Source: a virus (Duplodnaviria; Caudoviricetes). Taken from it: a DNA stretch of 61,587 nt. The stretch lies in the IMG/VR virus record IMGVR_UViG_3300043395_002060, positions 1-61,587 of that record; one strand, given 5' to 3'. This document shows positions 10,158 through 18,191 of the stretch, piece by piece (positions within the stretch are counted from its first letter, which is position 1; every line of letters begins with the position of its first letter). The notes beneath the pieces are model-generated. The model was given only the letters and a program-made list of their open reading frames with translations, searched no databases and was not told where the DNA came from. The translations under genes were made by a program, and so were the position numbers.

Positions 10158-11033
10158 TTATTTAATAAAAGGTAATATTGCTAATTCTTTTGCTTTTGCT
10201 TCTACCATAATATCAACTTTGTGTCGATATGTGTTTGGTAATTGTTTGATATAATCCGAATGTGCTTGTGGTTTAGCTCCTTCTTTGGATTCCGAATAGT
10301 GAACAACCGGCGTAACACCGCTTTTTCTCCAAGTACTTGCTGCTAATAACAATGCTTGTTGTTCTGATAATCCACCATCGCAGAATTTGTGATGATGATA
10401 ATCGAAAACAATTGGAATGCCAATTTTATTGTGAATATACATTAAATCCGATACAGAATACATAGATGCTTTATCATCATTCTCAATTGTTAATCGTTTT
10501 TGAACCGATGGAGATAATCTTTTAAAGTTTTCACAAAATCTATCCATTGCTGCTATTTTATCTCCATAAACTCCATTACAATGAATATTAATCTTATTGT
10601 ATGGAGTTTTAGATAAACCCATCATATCAAAAACCTTACCATGTAATTCCAAGTCAGCAATAGTTTTAGTTACAACTGCTTCGTTTGGTGAAACTAATAC
10701 GTTAAATGGACCTGGATGTGATGTAATACGAATATTATGAAATTTAGCGAAATCACCTGCTTTTTTGAGTTCTGATTTGATTTCCTTATAATCTTTAAGA
10801 GTAGTAATATCGATACTATCGCCCCACGGAATTATGCCAGATGATAAACGAAAGAAATAGATATCATTTTGTCTATTCCATTCTAATATTTTGATAATAT
10901 CCTTTGCATTCGCTAATGCAAGTTCGGAAACATAGTCTAAACCTTTAATGTTTAGAGTCTTTTTAACCATTGTACGATTAGTGGTAACTTTCTTACCAAT
11001 AGTCATATTAATACAAGCGTATCCTAAATTCAT
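10158..11033 (-). CDS. uvsE: UV DNA damage endonuclease
   Basis: LGYACIN, FFRLSS, SHPGPF, IENDD, FDYHHH, HYSES, AHSDYI, MVEAKAKE; start moved to MNLGYAC, downstream of the promoter. Confidence 0.95.
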   Translation of the reverse strand: MNLGYACINMTIGKKVTTNRTMVKKTLNIKGLDYVSELALANAKDIIKILEWNRQNDIYFFRLSSGIIPWGDSIDITTLKDYKEIKSELKKAGDFAKFHNIRITSHPGPFNVLVSPNEAVVTKTIADLELHGKVFDMMGLSKTPYNKINIHCNGVYGDKIAAMDRFCENFKRLSPSVQKRLTIENDDKASMYSVSDLMYIHNKIGIPIVFDYHHHKFCDGGLSEQQALLLAASTWRKSGVTPVVHYSESKEGAKPQAHSDYIKQLPNTYRHKVDIMVEAKAKELAILPFIK

Positions 11034-11058
11034 ATTGTATATTTTAGATTTTAATAAA

Positions 11059-11090
11059 CAAATATACAAAAAATAATTTAAAAAACCAAA
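11059..11090 (-). promoter_or_regulatory. Bacteroidota housekeeping-sigma promoter (-33 TTTG / -7 TAnnTTTG)
   Basis: minus strand TTTGG-N19-TATATTTG upstream of uvsE. Confidence 0.8.
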
Positions 11091-11093
11091 TTA

Positions 11094-12176
11094 TTAATAG
11101 GTTTTTATAGAATCTGTTTTAGATTCCTCTTCAAGTCTGATTTTGTTGAATTCTCTGATTGTTCCGTTTTTGTTATTTATCCAATATTGAACGGCTTTTG
11201 GGTTATTTATCCAAATTGCTTTGTTATCCCACGGAAAATCGGGATGCATGTAATCTTCCCATTTTAGATTTAAATTATTTTCCACCAATTCTTCATTTTT
11301 TTCTTCAATTGGTAAATTTTTTCCACTATATTCGATATTTTGTGAAATATTTTCCACTAAATCCTCTTTTTTATCACCATAAACTTCATATAGCCCCAAT
11401 TTTTGGTCATCTTCCATCATTTTGGTTAAAATCTCTCTTTGTTTCTTTTTTTTATCATCAATCAAACCATTGAAAGCGATAATTAAAGCAACCGCTAATG
11501 GGTCAAACACAATTACAATCAAAAATATGAAAAATTTCACTACATTTTTCAATTCCATACCAAATGCTTCGGCAACAAATCGGAATCCACCAACTTCTTT
11601 CTCTAAATCTAAATTTTTTAATTTAATTTCGTTGATTTTTTCGGTATTTTGAGCGTTTTCGGCTTGTAATTTTTCAATTTGTGAGTTAATTTTTGTAGTT
11701 TGGCGGTCTTTACTGTCAATACTACGCAGTAAACGGCTATTTACTCTACCCTTATCGATTATTTGTGATTGAGTTTGTTGTAAATTTGATAATTGTGTAG
11801 TAAATTGATTAATTTGTTGCTCGTTTGTAGTAATTTTAGTTTGATAAACCGCGATTTCTCTATCTACAACTTGCAATTTAAGCGATTGTGCCTGAAAAGC
11901 ATTTGAAAGATATCCAAAAATACCTGCTGAAGTGATTAACATTAATAATGCTACGGCTGATGTTAGATACCATTTATTAAATCCGGCAATTTCATCCCAT
12001 TTTTGTTTAAGATATGTAGCTGCTACTAATTTAGCTAATTCCAATGAGGATGCCATTACCATTACGGATACCGATGCTCCTGCAAATAAAACACCCAAAC
12101 CTGTTACGGAAAAGTATGCGGCACATCCAGCAATAACTATTGCCGAAAATCCGACTAATAATTTAAGCCAATTCAT
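11094..12176 (-). CDS. multi-TM coiled-coil membrane protein
   Basis: three N-terminal TM segments, long coiled coil, VFDPLAV TM segment. Confidence 0.75.
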   Translation of the reverse strand: MNWLKLLVGFSAIVIAGCAAYFSVTGLGVLFAGASVSVMVMASSLELAKLVAATYLKQKWDEIAGFNKWYLTSAVALLMLITSAGIFGYLSNAFQAQSLKLQVVDREIAVYQTKITTNEQQINQFTTQLSNLQQTQSQIIDKGRVNSRLLRSIDSKDRQTTKINSQIEKLQAENAQNTEKINEIKLKNLDLEKEVGGFRFVAEAFGMELKNVVKFFIFLIVIVFDPLAVALIIAFNGLIDDKKKKQREILTKMMEDDQKLGLYEVYGDKKEDLVENISQNIEYSGKNLPIEEKNEELVENNLNLKWEDYMHPDFPWDNKAIWINNPKAVQYWINNKNGTIREFNKIRLEEESKTDSIKTY

Positions 12177-12177
12177 A

Positions 12178-12354
12178 TTATCTATTTATTGATACTAATT
12201 CAGATACTCTTTCTACTAATTTTCGAGCATCATCAATAACAATATTAACATCAGATGGTGATAATTGTTGTGCGCCGTTAGAAACGTTCTTTAAAATACG
12301 CAATTTGCCATCTATTGACTCTAATAAAATTTGTATTTGTTCGTTATATTTCAT
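12178..12354 (-). CDS. 58-aa hypothetical protein (not in ORF track)
   Basis: MKYNEQIQILLESIDGKLRILKNVSNG...; ATACTTAT motif just upstream. Confidence 0.6.
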   Translation of the reverse strand: MKYNEQIQILLESIDGKLRILKNVSNGAQQLSPSDVNIVIDDARKLVERVSELVSINR

Positions 12355-12374
12355 AATAATAAGTATTTTTAAAT

Positions 12375-12408
12375 AAAAAAAAGGTGGTAAATATACTTCA
12401 CCACCTTT
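12375..12408 (-). terminator. intrinsic terminator after Hsp20
   Basis: AAAGGTGGT/ACCACCTTT hairpin followed by T-run on minus strand. Confidence 0.75.
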
Positions 12409-12431
12409 ATAAGATACGAAAAAAAATTGAA

Positions 12432-12812
12432 TTATCCAACTTTAATTGAGATAGATTTTGCTTTTCTCTCTTCTTTCTTATCGATTGTTAAAATAAGTAA
12501 CCCATTAGAAAATTTAGCTTCTGTTTTAGTTCCATCGTAATCAGCGCCTACACTAAATGTAATATCAATATCTTCTACTAATTTGGAAGTATTTTCTTCT
12601 TTTTTTGCTTTTATTGATACTTCCTCATCGGTAACATATAATTTAATGTTTTTTATATCGTGTCCTAAAACACTAAATGTTGCCTGTAATTTACCATCTT
12701 CCAATACTTTTGCTTCATAGTGAGAAGGTAATTTTTTGTAAGTAGAAAAATCGTTTGTGAAAAACGTTTCAAATAAATTGTCTAAATTAGATAAATTTGC
12801 TGTTGTGTACAT
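12432..12812 (-). CDS. small heat shock protein (Hsp20 family)
   Basis: alpha-crystallin AKFSNGLLILTIDK and C-terminal I-S-I motif. Confidence 0.85.
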   Translation of the reverse strand: MYTTANLSNLDNLFETFFTNDFSTYKKLPSHYEAKVLEDGKLQATFSVLGHDIKNIKLYVTDEEVSIKAKKEENTSKLVEDIDITFSVGADYDGTKTEAKFSNGLLILTIDKKEERKAKSISIKVG

Positions 12813-12856
12813 AATTGTAAATATTTTTGTTTAAAATAAAAATTCGGTCAATATAG

Positions 12857-12928
12857 TTCAAATATTATACCAACAAAAAAAGTATGACGATTAGTCATAC
12901 TTTCTTAAATATTATTGACAAATTGTCA
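12857..12928 (-). promoter_or_regulatory. sigma54-like promoter with two TGAC-N5-GTCA palindromes
   Basis: TGGTATAATATTTGAA (12872-12857); palindromes at 12885-12897 and 12916-12928. Confidence 0.55.
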
Positions 12929-12931
12929 GTA

Positions 12932-13579
12932 TTACATTTCATTATCTTGCGATTCGATAACAGTACTCATATGGTCTGCCCAATGCATTATGTAAGGAAT
13001 TTTATATTTCATTCTCTTACTAATATCAAAAACTTTTAAGTATTTCATATTATCTTCATCATATAAACCATCGGTAAGTTTCATACCAAAATATTCTGCT
13101 TCTGAAAATGTTATACCATAATGCTGAAGAACAAATATAGTTCTATCGGTATGTGTCATATGATGTAATTCCGGATTAGATGCAAAAACTTTACCTTGAT
13201 TCTTAATGTGCCATTCTGAAGGATTTGGAATATAGAATGGTTTACCTTTAGTTCCTAATTTACCTAAATCGTGATGTAATGCAACAAATATTAATTCTTC
13301 ATCAGTAAAGTCTGGCTTACCGCCAAGCTGAATAAATAACTCTTTAACTTTAAGAGCATTTTTACAAACATTAAAAATATGGTCAATGTATCCACCTACA
13401 TAGCAATTATGATAACCCGCATTTCCACTAGCTGGAGCAATTGCAAGATTCATACCTAATTCTTCTTCTGAATACATAAAAAGAAGTTTCTCTAACCTAT
13501 CATCTTTAAAATATTTTTTGATGATGGCAATAAATCTCTCGTAGTTGTCTTTCAGTTCTTTTTCTGTCTTTTGTTTCAT
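12932..13579 (-). CDS. HD-domain phosphohydrolase
   Basis: APAS..YHNCYVGGYIDH, LHHDLGK, HWADH. Confidence 0.88.
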   Translation of the reverse strand: MKQKTEKELKDNYERFIAIIKKYFKDDRLEKLLFMYSEEELGMNLAIAPASGNAGYHNCYVGGYIDHIFNVCKNALKVKELFIQLGGKPDFTDEELIFVALHHDLGKLGTKGKPFYIPNPSEWHIKNQGKVFASNPELHHMTHTDRTIFVLQHYGITFSEAEYFGMKLTDGLYDEDNMKYLKVFDISKRMKYKIPYIMHWADHMSTVIESQDNEM

Positions 13580-13665
13580 AACCTTTATTTTTAAGTTTTA
13601 TTTTAATTCTTTTAGTTTTCAGTGCTGTCTGCTGTCTGCTTTAGAGTAATAATAAAAAGATACCA

Positions 13666-13697
13666 CAAATATACAAAAATTTTTTCAAATTTCCAAA
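13666..13697 (-). promoter_or_regulatory. Bacteroidota-type promoter
   Basis: TTTGG-N19-TATATTTG. Confidence 0.8.
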
Positions 13698-13701
13698 TAT
13701 T

Positions 13702-14025
13702 TTAGAATAAATCTTTTTTTGTTAAGATTTTATATAGAATTTCAACCTCTTCTTCCGATACTAATTCAGGCATATCTTCATCAAAAAGTCGCATTGTATA
13801 TAGGGATACTCCATCTTCGGATTCAAATTCACCCGATTCGGATGACCATAACGCCGGTATTGTATCTAAATTATTTTCTAATTCTTCTTCTGTAACTGAA
13901 AGTAATGGTATTACATAATAGTAAAAATCTTCTCCCAAAGATTCATCTTTCATTTCAATTCGAATGCATGGATTCCATTTATGGAAACTAGCTTCAGTTA
14001 TTGGAGTTTGAGGCACTGTTATCAT
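13702..14025 (-). CDS. hypothetical acidic protein
   Basis: 107-aa ORF. Confidence 0.65.
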   Translation of the reverse strand: MITVPQTPITEASFHKWNPCIRIEMKDESLGEDFYYYVIPLLSVTEEELENNLDTIPALWSSESGEFESEDGVSLYTMRLFDEDMPELVSEEEVEILYKILTKKDLF

Positions 14026-14061
14026 AACCCTAAATATACCAAAAATTATTTAAAATAACAA

Positions 14062-15300
14062 CTATAATAATGATTTATTTGATATTTTAATTCCGTTTCC
14101 AATGATTTCTAAAAAAGAATTTTCATTTTCTATTTTTGATATTAAAGATGTATGGCATTCAATTATCCATTTTTTACATAAATCATAATTGTAATCAAAA
14201 TTTTCTAAAAAATCTTTTACAAATATTGAAAACTTTTTTGCATCTCCTTTGTGATTTACAAATTCATTATAGAACGGATGCGGTGATACGTTTAATATTT
14301 TTTGAATAATATCCAATGGATACGAATGCGTAGATATAAATGGAATTTTCGCCAGTATTAATCCATATGATTTTTCTGAAAGATATTGAGATGTAAAATC
14401 ACCTTTAAACCAAGACCAACTTTCATCTAATATTTGCATTTTTGATAAATTTAAAAATCTAAAAAATACTTCATATTCGACACCCATTTGATAATCCAAT
14501 AATTTTAGATTTTGAAAATCAGATTTACCTTCCAATGTATTTAAATTAATATTTTTAATTTCAGATAATTCTGAATCATATTTATCATAAACTCTATTTT
14601 TAAAAAAACTAGCTCTTTGCAAAAATATATCATCATTATTCAAATATGCCAAATTTTTTAAAATCTCAACCCTATATGGTTTATGCCTTCTAATTGAATA
14701 CATTAATTTATAATCAAAATTTAATTTTTGATAAACCCTACCAAATTCATACCAATATCTAATATTAATTAATTCATTCCACTGCCATAGTGTGTTGGTT
14801 AAAGCAAAGTGGATATTTGGATATGATTTATGTATTTTTTCATTTATAAATAAATTATCCGTTATTATAATATGATTATTTAATTTTGCAATTTGATTTT
14901 CCAAATCAACTATATACGAATCGTTAGTATCTGCTTTATCTAAAATTTTTTCTGTTCTAAACAATGTAATTATCCAACCCGATTTACCTTCTAATAATTT
15001 TATAAATCTTTTTATAAATGGAGTATCTTCGATACCATTACTAACATCTATATCTGAATAGTGTTCGTAAAAATGTCTTTTCCTTAAAGCAGTGAAAAAA
15101 TCCAATAAGTGATAACCATCATCATTATTGTTAAATTCTGGATTAAAAACGAATTCCAAATCAATACTATTATATTTACATTTTACAATACCAATTTTCT
15201 GAAAATTAAAATCGGTTAAATCATATATTCTATCCGTTGTATTATGAGCTAATTTAATAAATAATTCATCCGTAAACCAATGATGTACATAAATTTTCAT
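14062..15300 (-). CDS. GT10-like putative glycosyltransferase
   Basis: ILDES...YLSEKSYGLILAKIPFI motif shared with six other ORFs; ends NKSLL. Confidence 0.55.
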   Translation of the reverse strand: MKIYVHHWFTDELFIKLAHNTTDRIYDLTDFNFQKIGIVKCKYNSIDLEFVFNPEFNNNDDGYHLLDFFTALRKRHFYEHYSDIDVSNGIEDTPFIKRFIKLLEGKSGWIITLFRTEKILDKADTNDSYIVDLENQIAKLNNHIIITDNLFINEKIHKSYPNIHFALTNTLWQWNELINIRYWYEFGRVYQKLNFDYKLMYSIRRHKPYRVEILKNLAYLNNDDIFLQRASFFKNRVYDKYDSELSEIKNINLNTLEGKSDFQNLKLLDYQMGVEYEVFFRFLNLSKMQILDESWSWFKGDFTSQYLSEKSYGLILAKIPFISTHSYPLDIIQKILNVSPHPFYNEFVNHKGDAKKFSIFVKDFLENFDYNYDLCKKWIIECHTSLISKIENENSFLEIIGNGIKISNKSLL

Positions 15301-16001
15301 ATTAATGAGTTTTCAATTGATAATGGATTTGAATTATATTTTTGCTGTCCTACAAAATGAGTATAATGATAATTTGGCTTACCCAATCTGTTTGATAAAT
15401 TTTGTATTTTATAATTTTTAGAAAGTAATGTTAATAAATATTGAGATGTAATAGTACAACACATATAAAAATATTCCATATTATGTTTATTATCATTACA
15501 AAATTGATACATTTTATACCATCTATCCAAATACAAATCTTTTAATTCGGAATTGTTTATTTTAAGTAATCCAATATTGATTACTCTTTGTGATTTATTT
15601 TCCCATTCTGGTATTATATCGCCTATTCCTAAATATGTCAATTCATTTACGCACTTTGAATATAAATCTATCCAACTTTCCCAACCATCAAAATATAAAT
15701 CTACATCAGAATTAAATTCAGGCAATTTTGAGTGAAATATTATATCACCATCTATCAATACGCCATTATTTTTATCCAATAATGGTAATGTTTTAAACCC
15801 ATCCCAAAAAGTAAAAGTAGTATTTATATAATTTGATACATCAACATATTCATCAAATATATTTGTATTTGTATAAATTTCGGTTGCATGTCCATATTTT
15901 TTAGCAGATTTTATACTATTGATGTAATACGATTTTATTACTTCAAATCTATGGGAATCATCTTTGTGTACATTTTTATCAAAAGTATAAATCAAATTCA
16001 T
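15297..16001 (-). CDS. GT-A-like putative glycosyltransferase (DUF6734-like)
   Basis: IDGDI DxD motif, NIGLLK, YTHF; ends ENSLI. Confidence 0.6.
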   Translation of the reverse strand: MNLIYTFDKNVHKDDSHRFEVIKSYYINSIKSAKKYGHATEIYTNTNIFDEYVDVSNYINTTFTFWDGFKTLPLLDKNNGVLIDGDIIFHSKLPEFNSDVDLYFDGWESWIDLYSKCVNELTYLGIGDIIPEWENKSQRVINIGLLKINNSELKDLYLDRWYKMYQFCNDNKHNMEYFYMCCTITSQYLLTLLSKNYKIQNLSNRLGKPNYHYTHFVGQQKYNSNPLSIENSLI

Positions 16002-16732
16002 TATATAATACTTTTATTGAAAATTGAATTAACGTGATTAAAAAACTTTTGTTTAAATTTTGTTTCCGATGCATAATGTGTGTAATCATTAAAATCTTTA
16101 CAAAACTTATAAGTTATTCCCTTTGCTTCCATTACTTTTGGAAAATAATATTCACATACAACAATTGATGGGTCGTTCCAATTCGTTAAATTCTCAAATG
16201 GTTCTATATTTTCTAAATAATATTTACGAAATTTATAATATGAATTTATTAAGATATCTTTTGCTGATTGAGAATTAAATTTTAAAATACCAACATTGGA
16301 TGCATGTAACCCATCATAATCGAAATATTCTATGTTAGATGGAACATCGTATTTTTTAAATATATCCATATATCTTTTGAATTTTTTATTTTTAGTATTC
16401 AAAAGTTTTGTCTCAAATAGAACATCGCAATCGTTTGGTAAATTTAATTTTGACTCCAAAATAACATCACCATCAATCGTAACACAATTTAAATCTTCTT
16501 TTGAGTGTATGAATATTTTCAAATCATCGGTAAGTATGAATTCTTCATTTTCAATACTTACAAATTCATCTATATCATCTTTTAGATTTTCATATATGAA
16601 ATCGCAACCATATAATTTTATAGTATAGCCCAATTGTTTTGCTCTACGCATTGCTGCTTTATAGTATATTACCACCCAATCGTTATCGGTATAATTACCC
16701 ATCTTTGTAGTAAAACTATAAATTAATTTCAT
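16001..16732 (-). CDS. GT-A-like putative glycosyltransferase (DUF6734-like), paralog of 15297..16001
   Basis: IDGDV, NVGILK, YTHY; ends NKSII. Confidence 0.6.
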   Translation of the reverse strand: MKLIYSFTTKMGNYTDNDWVVIYYKAAMRRAKQLGYTIKLYGCDFIYENLKDDIDEFVSIENEEFILTDDLKIFIHSKEDLNCVTIDGDVILESKLNLPNDCDVLFETKLLNTKNKKFKRYMDIFKKYDVPSNIEYFDYDGLHASNVGILKFNSQSAKDILINSYYKFRKYYLENIEPFENLTNWNDPSIVVCEYYFPKVMEAKGITYKFCKDFNDYTHYASETKFKQKFFNHVNSIFNKSII

Positions 16733-17142
16733 TATATTAGATTAACCTTTTCTTTAGCAAATTTATTTACAGTTTCCCAATATGTACTATCTCCATAATA
16801 TGTACAAACTTCTTCGCCAACTTCTATATCTCTTTGTGCTACAAATTCAAACGTTCTATTTTCTTTATTTGTTCTCCAAAAAGCATTATTATTATCTGAA
16901 TGATTATAGATTGCGCCATATCCCAATGGTATTACATATTCTTCAACTTTACCATGCGATGGAAAATTAAATTTATGATTAACTAAAAAAGAATCAAATG
17001 TTCCCAATTTAAATGGAATAGTTAAAAGATGGCATTCTTCTATTATTTCATCTTTTTTTATTGATTCTATTGTAAATACGCCATATCCATGTATTGGAGA
17101 TGTTCTTACTTCTACTTTAGTTGGGGATTTTAATGTAACCAT
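16732..17142 (-). CDS. SET-domain lysine methyltransferase
   Basis: SPIHGYGVF, YNHS..NNA, AQRDIEVGEEVCTYYG. Confidence 0.93.
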   Translation of the reverse strand: MVTLKSPTKVEVRTSPIHGYGVFTIESIKKDEIIEECHLLTIPFKLGTFDSFLVNHKFNFPSHGKVEEYVIPLGYGAIYNHSDNNNAFWRTNKENRTFEFVAQRDIEVGEEVCTYYGDSTYWETVNKFAKEKVNLI

Positions 17143-17528
17143 TATATTATACTTTTATTAACAACTATTTCTTCATCAATATAATCAAAGTTAAATATTT
17201 CATATGACAAAATCAAACTTTCTGGCAAATTAATCAATTTAACTACACTCAAATAATCAACAGTCAATTCAGTATGCTTTGGAATTATTTGATTAGAATA
17301 TAGTTCAATAATATTTTCGTTTTTGATTAATGTTAAATTTGGATTTTCATTATGATTTAAATATCTACCCAATGGATTCGTTTCAATCCACCCATCATAT
17401 ATAGGTCTACTTTCGGATGTAACCAATTCATTTTTTGTAAAATAAAAACCTATTAATTTGTTAGATGGGATGAATTCGGTTGATATAACACCCGTACCTC
17501 TACTTTTAAAGTTATATAAGGAATACAT
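17142..17528 (-). CDS. SET-domain protein (second, divergent)
   Basis: RGTGV, GRYLNHNENPN, ELTVDY. Confidence 0.85.
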   Translation of the reverse strand: MYSLYNFKSRGTGVISTEFIPSNKLIGFYFTKNELVTSESRPIYDGWIETNPLGRYLNHNENPNLTLIKNENIIELYSNQIIPKHTELTVDYLSVVKLINLPESLILSYEIFNFDYIDEEIVVNKSII

Positions 17529-18031
17529 TAAATGATTGATTTAGTCATATTTAAATTTTCTTCTCTTAAAAATAACACCATCGATAATCTTTCGCCTGAT
17601 ATTAATTTTGTAACTTCATGCGGTGTTGTTGGATTTATAATTGATAATGAACCTTGTTCTCTCGACGCAATTTCTTTACCAACTATTAAATCACCGCCTT
17701 CATATTCATTTGAATCACTTAATTGAATTAAATATGTTTTATAGATTATATCAACTCCATACTTTGAAAAATCAGTATGTCGTGCTAAATTATCACCCTT
17801 TTGATAACGCATAAATTTAACCAATGGGATTGATTTAACACCCCATTGGTTTAACTTATTTTCTAAAAATTTGATTAATTCTTCGTTTTTAGTCGAAGTA
17901 TATTTGGCAGATGAATTACTAAATTTTAATTTTACACCACCATAATTCTGAACATCATCCGATGATTCTTCCAAATCGATATTATAAAATCCCTTAATAT
18001 ACTCACACTCATCTTTAGTGAATACAACCAT
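17528..18031 (-). CDS. 2OG-Fe(II) oxygenase (prolyl 4-hydroxylase-like)
   Basis: Y..GD...HTD, QLS...YEGGDL, HEV....GER. Confidence 0.92.
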   Translation of the reverse strand: MVVFTKDECEYIKGFYNIDLEESSDDVQNYGGVKLKFSNSSAKYTSTKNEELIKFLENKLNQWGVKSIPLVKFMRYQKGDNLARHTDFSKYGVDIIYKTYLIQLSDSNEYEGGDLIVGKEIASREQGSLSIINPTTPHEVTKLISGERLSMVLFLREENLNMTKSII

Positions 18032-18046
18032 AACCTATTTGTTTAA

Positions 18047-18184
18047 TTACATATGCTTTGCCTTAAAGTAAGCAATGAAATTAGAAACAATTTCTGAAAT
18101 CTTTTGCTTTTGTGTTGCGGTTGTTGCCGTTACACCCTTATTAGCCAAATCAGCTTTTGTAAAAGTTTTATATACGTTTGCCAT
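18047..18184 (-). CDS. 45-aa Lys/Thr-rich peptide (not in ORF track)
   Basis: MANVYKTFTKADLANKGVTATTATQKQKISEIVSNFIAYFKAKHM; fills the gap between the Hint gene and the oxygenase. Confidence 0.7.
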   Translation of the reverse strand: MANVYKTFTKADLANKGVTATTATQKQKISEIVSNFIAYFKAKHM

Positions 18185-18191
18185 TTTAAAA

